Shown: piece after piece, positions 1-8,203 of the stretch | Layout of the letters: the number at the start of each line of letters is the position of its first letter | Position numbering within the stretch: position 1 is the first letter of the stretch | DNA from: a virus | Taxonomy: Duplodnaviria > Caudoviricetes | DNA length: 59,958 nucleotides | Reading direction: 5' to 3' (one strand) | IMG/VR virus record: IMGVR_UViG_3300014827_000001 | Span: 1-59,958 of that record | Translations under genes and position numbers: made by a program | The notes under the pieces: model-generated | Database searches by the model: none | Seen by the model: only the letters and a program-made list of their open reading frames with translations | Told to the model about the DNA's origin: nothing

Positions 1-121
1 AGACCGTGCTTCGGTACAACTTCCTTGCCCGCAACACGGTAGAGGTCAAGAGGCTGGCACAGATGACCTCGGACCAAGAGCAGCTTGACCAGTCATACAA
101 CTATGACGTGGAGAGTGTGTC

Positions 122-340
122 ATGAGCTGCCCCGCCTGCCGATTCCCCGTAGCCGAGGATCAGCCACAGATGCGCGTCCACATAGGCGTCACGCAGGACG
201 CAGACGGTTACATGGTCGATCTGCTCCCCACCTTCCACCGGCCATGCGCCGCCTCTTACCTGATAGCCAAGGGCCGCGCCAAGACCGAAGCGCTCAGGGT
301 CAGTAGGCCCACGCGGTGGCTCGAAGAATTGGCTGCCTAA
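122..340 (+). CDS. Hypothetical protein with N-terminal CxxC
   Basis: ATGA overlap with helicase stop; MSCPAC start; duplicated at 59703-59921. Confidence 0.7.
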   Translation: MSCPACRFPVAEDQPQMRVHIGVTQDADGYMVDLLPTFHRPCAASYLIAKGRAKTEALRVSRPTRWLEELAA

Positions 341-346
341 AAGGTA

Positions 347-376
347 TTGACACTCGCCCACGACTGTCTGTAAGTT
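347..376 (+). promoter_or_regulatory. SigA-like promoter overlapped by 18-bp operator
   Basis: TTGACA-N18-TAAGTT; ACACTCGCCCACGACTGT at 350-367. Confidence 0.75.
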
Positions 377-425
377 TGTCCTATAGCAATCAGCTAATAA
401 ACACCCACACAAACAGGAGCACCCC

Positions 426-842
426 ATGAGCAAACTTTCCCTCCTCACCAACCCGGCCCAGCCCATATTCACCCTTCACACTGCAGAGGTCGAGCTGGAA
501 GCTCTGGCCGAGGCCGCTCTCACCGCCGACATCCGGGCCAAGGATGCAGCTGCCGAGGCCAAGTCCGCCACCGATGCCTTCCGCAAGGCTCTGGCCGAGA
601 ACAACATGCTGGACTCCGACACCAAGGCTGTGGGCATCGTCCGCACCACCATCTTCCCCACCAAGCGGTTCGATGAAACCCTCGCCCGCACCCTCATGAC
701 CAAGAAGCTCCAGAAAGAGTGCGAGAAGGTCACCCTGGACTCGGCTCTGGTCAAGGCCAAGGTCAGCCCCGAGCAGTACGAACAGTTCCAGAAGGTCTCC
801 GGCATGACCCTGAAGCTCTCCATCGACAAGGAGCAGGCGTGA
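426..842 (+). CDS. Hypothetical protein
   Basis: AGGAG RBS, 138 aa, phage-like codon bias. Confidence 0.8.
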   Translation: MSKLSLLTNPAQPIFTLHTAEVELEALAEAALTADIRAKDAAAEAKSATDAFRKALAENNMLDSDTKAVGIVRTTIFPTKRFDETLARTLMTKKLQKECEKVTLDSALVKAKVSPEQYEQFQKVSGMTLKLSIDKEQA

Positions 843-970
843 CCGAGTACGTGGTCCCACATGGGCCGGATGACCCCTGTACCTGTGAAGGCTGCTGGGC
901 TTGCAAGGGGGCCGAGGTTGGCTGCACTTGCGACATCGACTGGGACAAGCTCTACGGGCACGACCAGTAA
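839..970 (+). CDS. Small Cys-rich hypothetical protein
   Basis: GTGA overlap; 43 aa with six Cys (CTCEGCWAC...CTC). Confidence 0.6.
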   Translation: MTEYVVPHGPDDPCTCEGCWACKGAEVGCTCDIDWDKLYGHDQ

Positions 971-1036
971 AACTTTTCGGCACCGCTTGGTCATATCGTT
1001 CATTTCAACCTCACCACAGTAAACAAGGAGCACACA

Positions 1037-1402
1037 GTGAGCATCACCAAAGAATCCGCGTGGGTCATCTTCCGCGCTGACAAGCTCGGCCACGAGGAAG
1101 CCGCACCGGCAATGGACAACATGTCCGAGGACGAATGGAACTCCTACCAGTCCCACGCCGAGGGCTTCGAGATGGAGCTGGCCAAGATCGGCATCGAGGC
1201 TAACAACGAGGCAGCCGCGCTGCAAGAGGATTTCGCAGAGTATGTGGGCATCCTCCAAGCCAAGAAGCCGTACAACTGGACGGCTGAGGACTACGGCATG
1301 GCAGTAAACATCTACCATGGCTCCGAGTTCGAGACCCTGCACCTCTCGGCCATGTTCCGGGTCAACAACGCTGAACTCCTCCTGGAACTGGTGAAGCCAT
1401 GA
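1037..1402 (+). CDS. Hypothetical protein
   Basis: AAGGAG RBS, GTG start. Confidence 0.75.
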   Translation: MSITKESAWVIFRADKLGHEEAAPAMDNMSEDEWNSYQSHAEGFEMELAKIGIEANNEAAALQEDFAEYVGILQAKKPYNWTAEDYGMAVNIYHGSEFETLHLSAMFRVNNAELLLELVKP

Positions 1403-1644
1403 ACCCCAGCAACATCTTCATGCTGACCGGGTACGCCCATGCCAAGTTGGCCCCGCTCATGCAGCCACTGAATGCCGACCTCCAGCTAATCCTTGACTTT
1501 GACACTGAGTTCCCCGGTGTACAGGTCTGGGTGTTCAATAACACGCACAACCGCGCACTGGCACACAGGTCCAAGGTCACGACCGTGGAACAGCTCGATG
1601 AGCTTGTGACCGAGGTCAAGGCACTGGCGAGCGTAACGGCATGA
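1399..1644 (+). CDS. Hypothetical protein
   Basis: ATGA-coupled to both neighbours. Confidence 0.7.
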   Translation: MNPSNIFMLTGYAHAKLAPLMQPLNADLQLILDFDTEFPGVQVWVFNNTHNRALAHRSKVTTVEQLDELVTEVKALASVTA

Positions 1645-1925
1645 GTAAGTCCAAGGCGTTCCTCCAGAAGATCGCAGACGAACCACCCCCCTGCGTCCAG
1701 ATCGGTGACCCGGAACTGTTCTTCCCCAAGAGCTACGGGGATGAGCACCAGTTTCAGGTCAGGCAGGCCAAGTCAATTTGCCGCAAGTGCAAGCTGATCG
1801 CTGACTGCCTGGAGTTCGCCTTGGACACAGGGGACCAGCATGGTGTTCTCGCCGGAACCACACCCTCAGAACGGGATGTAATCCGCAGACGCCGCAACGA
1901 ACGAGAGGAGCGCCGAGCAGCATGA
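1641..1925 (+). CDS. whiB: WhiB-family Fe-S transcription factor
   Basis: C..DPELFFP..AKSICRKC....C LEFAL..HGVLAGTT..ER: four Cys plus a variant of the G(V/I)WGG turn. Confidence 0.92.
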   Translation: MSKSKAFLQKIADEPPPCVQIGDPELFFPKSYGDEHQFQVRQAKSICRKCKLIADCLEFALDTGDQHGVLAGTTPSERDVIRRRRNEREERRAA

Positions 1926-2179
1926 AATGTGGAGAGACGTTCATCGGCAGTTGGACAGGCAACACCTACACCTGCACGCAGGCAGGGCAGCACCTCTACC
2001 ACCGTGGGTATGACTCGGATGGTGACGTGATGGAGTGGCCCGACATCACAGGGTACTGCGCAAACAGCTACCCAGGGACGGCAGACATCTGCCAGCGGCC
2101 CCCGAATCACCGGGGACTCTGCCGGGTGAAGGTCCACGGCAAGCAAGTGTCATTCAAGGTGGGAGGTGCAAGGCGATGA
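1922..2179 (+). CDS. Hypothetical Cys/His-rich protein
   Basis: Coupled ORF; repeated C-x-H patterns. Confidence 0.65.
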   Translation: MKCGETFIGSWTGNTYTCTQAGQHLYHRGYDSDGDVMEWPDITGYCANSYPGTADICQRPPNHRGLCRVKVHGKQVSFKVGGARR

Positions 2180-2982
2180 CCACCACACTGGAAATCCCGT
2201 CCATGCAGCAGGTTCAGAACCTGTTCATCAAGGCCATTGCCAAGCCGTCAGACCGTGACAGGCAGGTAAAGATCGGCCCGTCGTCCGTGGGCGGGTGTAG
2301 CTACTGCCTTGGTTACGACATGGCAGCCAAGCTGTGCGACATGCCCAACAGGGAGGCCGAGAAATTCGGCTACGCGGCATGGTTGGGCACAGGGCTCCAC
2401 TACTACCTGGAGCACAATCTGGACCTCGGGGTTGAGGTCTTCCGGGAAACCAAGCTCAAAGACATCTTCGAGATTCCCGGCTATGGCTCCATCGGTGGCA
2501 GCTGTGACCTGATGGTTCCTGACTGGGGCCGGACGTTCGACTTCAAGTTCCCCGGAGCGTGGAGCTACGACAAGGTGCAGATGGCCCTAGCCAAGGCACG
2601 CATGGCCACCAAGCGTGGTGAGGAGCTGAACGCCTACCAGCACATGCCGTCCATGCAGTACCGGGTCCAGCAACAGATTTATGCACAGGGCTGGATTCAG
2701 CGGGGCTACGACATCGAGAAGTGTGTGCTGGCGTTCATGCCTCGGCACACCAACGACATCCGCGACGTGATCCTCTGGGAGGAAGACGTGAACCCGGCCC
2801 TGTTCGAGGGGGCTGTGGCCCGAGCTATCAGCATCTGGGAGTACACGGTTGCTGGCCAGCTCGATGACATCCCGAGCGAAACCTCCAACCCGGCCAAGCC
2901 TGACGAAATCACCTGTTACACCTGCGGCCCCCGTGGACCGGGCCGTGGAGATTTGACCAGCTACAACCTCGCAACCAACTAG
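2176..2982 (+). CDS. Cas4-like / PD-(D/E)XK exonuclease
   Basis: IGPSSVGGC, GTGLH, GSCDL..DFKF, QQQIYA, C-terminal CYTC; ATG 2176 after GGAGG. Confidence 0.85.
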   Translation: MTTTLEIPSMQQVQNLFIKAIAKPSDRDRQVKIGPSSVGGCSYCLGYDMAAKLCDMPNREAEKFGYAAWLGTGLHYYLEHNLDLGVEVFRETKLKDIFEIPGYGSIGGSCDLMVPDWGRTFDFKFPGAWSYDKVQMALAKARMATKRGEELNAYQHMPSMQYRVQQQIYAQGWIQRGYDIEKCVLAFMPRHTNDIRDVILWEEDVNPALFEGAVARAISIWEYTVAGQLDDIPSETSNPAKPDEITCYTCGPRGPGRGDLTSYNLATN

Positions 2983-2991
2983 GAGAACACC

Positions 2992-3174
2992 ATGACCACA
3001 CGACAGGAACTCATTCAGAAAGTCCGCGATGGCTGGCCGGAGCACGCAGCCAACACCGAGACGGACAGACGGGGCATCGTCCATGTCCCACCCGTCCGTG
3101 ACGGGGGCCTGTCTGCCCTCGTGATCGAATTCGCCGTAGACACCGTACTGGCTGAACTGGAGGCATCGAAATGA
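2992..3174 (+). CDS. Hypothetical protein
   Basis: AGGAG RBS, 60 aa. Confidence 0.65.
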   Translation: MTTRQELIQKVRDGWPEHAANTETDRRGIVHVPPVRDGGLSALVIEFAVDTVLAELEASK

Positions 3175-4007
3175 GCATCACAACAGAAGAAGACGTGGAC
3201 GCGGCTCTGGCCGCACTGGCAGCGCAGGCTGAGGCCGCTGTGGCTGCCAAGCCCAAGACCAGGGTAGCCAAGAAGCCTGCCCCCACCAAGGATCTTTTCG
3301 ACCTGTCTACCATCTGCAACATCACCAAGCCCCGTAAGGCTGACACCACCTTCAGCCTCCTGCTGGCTGGCCTGCCCAAGTCGGGCAAGACCCTGCTGGC
3401 TGGCACGGCCAACGAGGTGGAAGCACTCTCCCCGGTCCTCCTGTTGGCCCTTGAAGACGGGTCCAGTGTGCTGGCACGGGATTACCCGGACATGGACGTG
3501 ATCGAGCCAGAGAACTGGGTTCAGGCCGCTGGCATCATCGAAGCTGTGGCCGAGGGCAAGACCAAGTACCGGACCATGATCGTGGACACCCTCGGGGAAC
3601 TTCAGGAACACATGAAGGCCCACATCACAGCAGATGGCACCAAGGAAATGCGGATTCAGGACTGGGGCACCATCAAGGACAACACCATCGGCGTGGTCAA
3701 GCTGATGCACCGCTCCCCGGTCAACGCTATTTTCATCACCCACTCCGAAGAACTCCGGGATGAGAACACCGGAGCCAGCCGTATCCAGCCGTACCTGCTG
3801 GGCAAGGGCAGCCTCGGGGAAGTCCCCAAAATCGTGGACATCATCGCCTACCTCGCGGTGGCTCAGGACAAGAAGACCAAAGAGAACTTCCGCGTCCTCC
3901 AGACCGGGCAGGACGGCAAGATTCTGGCCGGGGACCGTTTCGGGACGCTGGACTTCCAGATTATCAACCCCGACATGAGGACCATCTTTGAGCAGCTTAC
4001 GGGGTAG
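3171..4007 (+). CDS. Sak4/RecA-like AAA ATPase (recombinase)
   Basis: Walker A GLPKSGKT, Walker B MIVDT, FITH; between exonuclease and SSB. Confidence 0.85.
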   Translation: MSITTEEDVDAALAALAAQAEAAVAAKPKTRVAKKPAPTKDLFDLSTICNITKPRKADTTFSLLLAGLPKSGKTLLAGTANEVEALSPVLLLALEDGSSVLARDYPDMDVIEPENWVQAAGIIEAVAEGKTKYRTMIVDTLGELQEHMKAHITADGTKEMRIQDWGTIKDNTIGVVKLMHRSPVNAIFITHSEELRDENTGASRIQPYLLGKGSLGEVPKIVDIIAYLAVAQDKKTKENFRVLQTGQDGKILAGDRFGTLDFQIINPDMRTIFEQLTG

Positions 4008-4533
4008 CCGGGGGCAGGGCATTTACGCCCTGACCATCGAGGACAAGCTGGCTAGGTACACCGTTCCGGGTGATAACGGTTGCATCGAGTGGATCGGCAC
4101 CCTAAACGCCAAAGGCTATGGAACTGCGGGGTACGAGGGTAAGAACTGGATGGCTCATCGCCTGATGTACACCCACTTCGTAGGGGAGATACCCGAAGGC
4201 ATGGTCATTGACCACCTTTGCCGGAACCACGCTTGTGTGAATATCGAACACCTGGAGGTGGTGACCAATGAGGAAAATCTTGCTCGCGGTCTACCACCTT
4301 GGGGCTCGAAGCCAGTTACTCACTGTCCGAGCGGGCACGAGTACACGGAGGAGAACTCACTCCCCAGTAAGGCAGGCAGTAAGTGGTGCCGAATCTGCAG
4401 GCAACTCCAGCACCTCGCCAGATACAAACCTAAGAAGCCGTCCACTATCGCCAAGCATGCTGCGCTCTACACGGAGTTATCCACGATGGGTGAAATTTAT
4501 GAGCAATTGACCAGTGACGCAACCGAATCGTAG
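3988..4533 (+). CDS. HNH homing endonuclease
   Basis: CIEW..GYG..AHR..DHLCRNHACVNIEHLE..N; C-terminal THCPSGH..CRIC; TTG start with GAGGA upstream. Confidence 0.88.
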   Translation: MSSLRGSRGQGIYALTIEDKLARYTVPGDNGCIEWIGTLNAKGYGTAGYEGKNWMAHRLMYTHFVGEIPEGMVIDHLCRNHACVNIEHLEVVTNEENLARGLPPWGSKPVTHCPSGHEYTEENSLPSKAGSKWCRICRQLQHLARYKPKKPSTIAKHAALYTELSTMGEIYEQLTSDATES

Positions 4534-4541
4534 TGCTAAGC

Positions 4542-4573
4542 TTTTCACTATCGCTTACTAAGTCTGTAAGTTT
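4542..4573 (+). promoter_or_regulatory. Putative promoter of SSB gene
   Basis: CTGTAAGTT at 4565-4573, same as in promoters at 368-376 and 41772-41780; AC-rich leader follows. Confidence 0.5.
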
Positions 4574-4618
4574 CTCCAACACAACACATACACACCAAAC
4601 AAGAAGGAAGTAACCACC

Positions 4619-5200
4619 ATGGCACGTCTCTCACTCAATGTGGACCAGGAAACCGTAGATTCGTCAGGACGCGAGTTCGAGCCGGTTCCGGTAGGCACCT
4701 ACACCGTCAGCATCTACGCCATCACCAACGATGAGGTGAAGAACGGGGCCAACAAGGGCAAGCTGCGCCTGAAGTTCCAGTTCCGCATCGTGGACGGCGA
4801 GGAAGCCCCCGATGGCTCCAAGCAGGGCAACCGCCGCCTGTTCGCAGACATCAACGCCTTCGAGGGCACGGACAAGAAGACCGGCAAGCCCACCCCGCCG
4901 TATGACCTGCTGGCGCTTGCCAAGGCTCTGGGCACCAGCGCTGAGGAACTGGCGGACCTCGACACGGACGACTGGCTGCAGGAGGAACTTCAGGTTGCCG
5001 TCACCCACACCATCAAGCAGGTGCAGGTCGATGGTGTGTGGGTCGATACCAAAAACCCCGTTCTCTACAAGGAAAAGGTCCGTGGCTTCCGCTCACTGGA
5101 TTCCGTGACCACCTCGGCAGCAGCCACCGCCACTGTTCTGGGCAAGGCACCGTCAGCGGCTCCCAAGGCCAAGGCAGCCGGAGCCAAGTTCAAGCTCTAG
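4619..5200 (+). CDS. Single-stranded DNA-binding protein (DUF669-like)
   Basis: FEPVPVGTY..KFQFRI..GNRRLF pattern; position after Sak4-like gene. Confidence 0.7.
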   Translation: MARLSLNVDQETVDSSGREFEPVPVGTYTVSIYAITNDEVKNGANKGKLRLKFQFRIVDGEEAPDGSKQGNRRLFADINAFEGTDKKTGKPTPPYDLLALAKALGTSAEELADLDTDDWLQEELQVAVTHTIKQVQVDGVWVDTKNPVLYKEKVRGFRSLDSVTTSAAATATVLGKAPSAAPKAKAAGAKFKL

Positions 5201-5207
5201 CAGTACA

Positions 5208-5252
5208 GCCAGCCTGTGTAGGCACACAGCCCGTTCGAGACGGGCGCTGGCA
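5208..5252 (+). ncRNA. Minimal tRNA-like element (acceptor stem, one hairpin, T arm)
   Basis: GCCAGC/GCTGGC-A; CTGTGT-AGGC-ACACAG; GCCCG-TTCGAGA-CGGGC. Confidence 0.6.
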
Positions 5253-5266
5253 CTAGTTACAAAATT

Positions 5267-5290
5267 AGCCAACGGCTCACCCCGTTGGCT
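5267..5290. other. Hairpin upstream of primase
   Basis: AGCCAACGG-CTCACC-CCGTTGGCT. Confidence 0.5.
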
Positions 5291-5339
5291 TAGCTTTCAA
5301 AGGAGCCGGGGCAATGCGTTACATCGCAGGAATCACAGC

Positions 5340-7562
5340 ATGAGCCAGCAGGAAGAGTTCACAAAGTTCCTCTGGAAAGGGCTTCAGGGCAGGGCTGTTA
5401 TCGCCCGCACAGACTCCACGGGAGCGCCGAGCATCCAGAGGTTTTTCAGCTGGCCGGAGCAGAGTGAGCAACTGCTGGCCCTCACCGCCAAGCTGACTGC
5501 AGAGGATGTCTACACCTCACCGTGCCTGTTCAAGGGCACCGCAGGAGCGCGTAAGTCTCTGGCACGGGCCATCCAGGTAGTTCACGCCGACGCGGACACC
5601 TTCAGCATTGACGATGCCCTGCTGCCGCCCTCTGCCATTGTTCAGACTTCGGACAGCAAGACCCATCTGTACTGGAAAATCACCGACTGCCACGATCCGG
5701 CCCTGATCGAACCGCTGGCTCACAGCGTCTCCAACGCACATGACAAATCTGTCACAGGACTTGACAACGGCTGGGCGGTCAACAAACTACTCCGGGTTCC
5801 AGGCACCTCCAACACCAAGTACGATGAGCCCTTCCTTGTGAGCTTCGAGGACACCGGCCACGCCTACACATTGGACGAGTTTGCAGCCGTCTACCCTCCC
5901 GTGGAGTCGCGGACCGCAGTGGCGTCTCTAAGGCAGATGGGCGCACTGCCCAGCAAGGGGGATGCACTCCGGTCCCTGAAGGCCTCCCCGCAACTAATGC
6001 AACTGCTGAACAAAACCACAACGGGCAACGTAGACCCTTCTAATGGCCGCTTCCTCCTCCAGAACGAACTGTTCAGGGCAGGAGCCACGGATGAGGCAGT
6101 CTTTGTGATCCTGTGGGACCACCCGTTCCGGTCGGACAAGAACGAGAACAACATCTGGCAGGACATCCTGCGGGCACGGTCCAAGTCCGAGCTTGGAGAC
6201 CCCGAGGAAGACCCCGGCTACGAGCCAACCGTCACCGTGGAGCCCACGGCCAAGGACAAATCCGTGGATTTCCTCACGCTGGCTGAGAAGGCCTCACTGG
6301 GCTCCACCTTCATTGACGACTACATGGCGTGGGGCATGTCCAAGACGGACGCCAGCCCCGAGTACCACGTTGCAGCAGCCTTCACGATCCTCTCCACCGT
6401 GTTCTCCGACTTCGGCCACGCGGTCCCCAAGTTTGGGCGGCTCCCGCTCAACCTCTGGTTCATGGTGCTGGGGGAGACCACCAGGAGCCGGAAGTCCACC
6501 ACCCGAGCCTTGGGCATCTCAATGATCAAGGCGCTGGCCGTGATCCCCGACGCCGATGTGGCCGGAGAGCTTGACTACAACTATGACCTCGGCTCTGACT
6601 TCACCCCCGAGGCTCTGGACAACGAGCTCCTGAAGCGGCCCAACCGGTCCTCCCTGCTGCACCGTGATGAGGCGCAGGGCTGGATTCAGGAAATGGATAA
6701 GAAAGCCTACATGGCAGGAGCCAAGGGCAAGATGACCGAACTGTACGACGGGCATGTGTCCGGCAAGCTGAGGGCCACCGGGGATAACAACCGCCGTGCC
6801 GGGGTGGATATCAGCCTGACCCTGTTCATGATGGGCATCGGCTCCCAGATGTCTGAGTACCTGACGCAGGAGGACTTCCGCTCCGGGTTCCTGACACGGT
6901 TCATCTACATCTCCGCTGAACCCCCCAGCCGCTCTGCAGCCTCTGACTGGCTGGAGCAGCAAGACCTGAATGAGGTCAAGACAGGGGACGTGGTGTTCAC
7001 CGCCATGCTCAGGAGGATCGAGACCGCGCGCGAGCACTGGGCTGGCTTCAATGCCCCCACAGCACCCACCAAGGCCGTCCCCTGTGTCCCGGAAGCATGG
7101 CTGAGGCTGAACCTGTTCATCACCCAGGTTTTGGACGCCGCAGAGGGCCACCAGCGCCACGCCATTATCGAGGCCGCGTCTGACCGGCTCTCCAAGTCCA
7201 TCCTGAAAGCCGCCACCCTGCTGGCCATGCTGGATTGCTGTGATGAGGTGCAGGTTCCCCACATGCTGGCAGCCATCAACTACGCCAGTTCATGGTTCGG
7301 CCACATGGTCACCATGGCCAACAAGATTTCCGACTCCTCATGGATGCGCAGGCAGACCCAGGTTGAGGATTTCCTGATCGAAAAGGGCGGAACGGCCAAG
7401 TGGGAAGTCGTTTACCGGCATTTCCGCTCAGACCTTCGGGCCGATGAGTTCCTGAAGATCATCCAGTCCCTGACCGAGGCCGGAATCATCCACGTATCAC
7501 TCCCGGATAAGGGTGTCCGCTGGATCACCCGCATTGACATTGATGAGGAAATTGCAGCATGA
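5340..7562 (+). CDS. DNA primase/helicase (RepB-like primase plus DUF3987-like ATPase)
   Basis: HADAD, TS..KTHLYW, LLRVPGT.NTKY; C-terminal GETTRSRKST and RDE motifs. Confidence 0.85.
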   Translation: MSQQEEFTKFLWKGLQGRAVIARTDSTGAPSIQRFFSWPEQSEQLLALTAKLTAEDVYTSPCLFKGTAGARKSLARAIQVVHADADTFSIDDALLPPSAIVQTSDSKTHLYWKITDCHDPALIEPLAHSVSNAHDKSVTGLDNGWAVNKLLRVPGTSNTKYDEPFLVSFEDTGHAYTLDEFAAVYPPVESRTAVASLRQMGALPSKGDALRSLKASPQLMQLLNKTTTGNVDPSNGRFLLQNELFRAGATDEAVFVILWDHPFRSDKNENNIWQDILRARSKSELGDPEEDPGYEPTVTVEPTAKDKSVDFLTLAEKASLGSTFIDDYMAWGMSKTDASPEYHVAAAFTILSTVFSDFGHAVPKFGRLPLNLWFMVLGETTRSRKSTTRALGISMIKALAVIPDADVAGELDYNYDLGSDFTPEALDNELLKRPNRSSLLHRDEAQGWIQEMDKKAYMAGAKGKMTELYDGHVSGKLRATGDNNRRAGVDISLTLFMMGIGSQMSEYLTQEDFRSGFLTRFIYISAEPPSRSAASDWLEQQDLNEVKTGDVVFTAMLRRIETAREHWAGFNAPTAPTKAVPCVPEAWLRLNLFITQVLDAAEGHQRHAIIEAASDRLSKSILKAATLLAMLDCCDEVQVPHMLAAINYASSWFGHMVTMANKISDSSWMRRQTQVEDFLIEKGGTAKWEVVYRHFRSDLRADEFLKIIQSLTEAGIIHVSLPDKGVRWITRIDIDEEIAA

Positions 7563-7984
7563 GCGCCCACGTAGATGACATCTTCACCGCTGACCTGACC
7601 AACGTGCAGGACACGCGCCTGAACGGCCTCATGCGGGCCAAGGAACTCTGGCAACTCTCTGTGCTGGCAGACCGCAAGCAGCGGCTCCTCATGGCACACG
7701 AACTGCATGGCTTCGGGCTGTTCTCCCTGAACCAGCTGGCCAAGATTACCCGCCTGAGTGTTCCCACCGTGGCCCGCCACATGAAAAAGAATGCGATTGG
7801 TGGGAAATTCCAGCCCGAGGTCTTGTCCTCACTCGTGTATCTTCGTAAGCTGGTCATCATAGATACACACATACCAGCCTCTTTCATACAGGGGGCGGTA
7901 GCCACCGGCACATCGGTGGGCACCATCTCCCGGCTGACCGGGGCATCTGAAACCTCCCTCTACCAAAAGACAAAGCAATTCTAG
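7559..7984 (+). CDS. Putative HTH DNA-binding protein
   Basis: SLNQLAKITRLSVPTVARH and SVGTISRLTGASETSLY HTH-like segments. Confidence 0.6.
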   Translation: MSAHVDDIFTADLTNVQDTRLNGLMRAKELWQLSVLADRKQRLLMAHELHGFGLFSLNQLAKITRLSVPTVARHMKKNAIGGKFQPEVLSSLVYLRKLVIIDTHIPASFIQGAVATGTSVGTISRLTGASETSLYQKTKQF

Positions 7985-7993
7985 GAGCAAACA

Positions 7994-8203
7994 GTGAGCG
8001 AAGTTGACGTTGTAAACCACCCTCCCCACTACACAAATCATCCCAGTGGTGTTGAGTGCCTGACCATTACCCGCCACATGGGGTTCAACCTCGGGAACGC
8101 CTTCAAGTACATCTGGCGGGCAGACCTCAAAGGCAACGCCATTGAGGACTTGGAGAAGGCCGCTTTTTACATCAACGACGAAATCATAAGGCGGAAGATG
8201 TGA
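7994..8203 (+). CDS. DUF3310-family protein (T7 gp1.7-like)
   Basis: VNHPPHY..ECL..GFNLGNAFKYIWRA..K..EDLEKA. Confidence 0.85.
   Translation: MSEVDVVNHPPHYTNHPSGVECLTITRHMGFNLGNAFKYIWRADLKGNAIEDLEKAAFYINDEIIRRKM

Larger units (their letters stand above)
1..376. repeat. Terminal direct repeat / circular assembly overlap, copy 1
   Basis: Matches 59582-59957 except A99 vs C59680; starts inside the helicase ORF. Confidence 0.95.

Noticed and set aside
2176-2982. CRISPR-Cas system implied by the Cas4-like gene
   Set aside because: No repeat-spacer array or other cas genes; solo Cas4-like nucleases are common in phage recombination modules
3975-4533. Group I intron housing the HNH
   Set aside because: The HNH ORF fills the whole interval, leaving no room for an intron core; the upstream gene has its own stop
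5203-5215. 13-nt match GTACAGCCAGCCT to the minus strand near 51936-51948
   Set aside because: Single short match, one copy within coding sequence; plausible by chance
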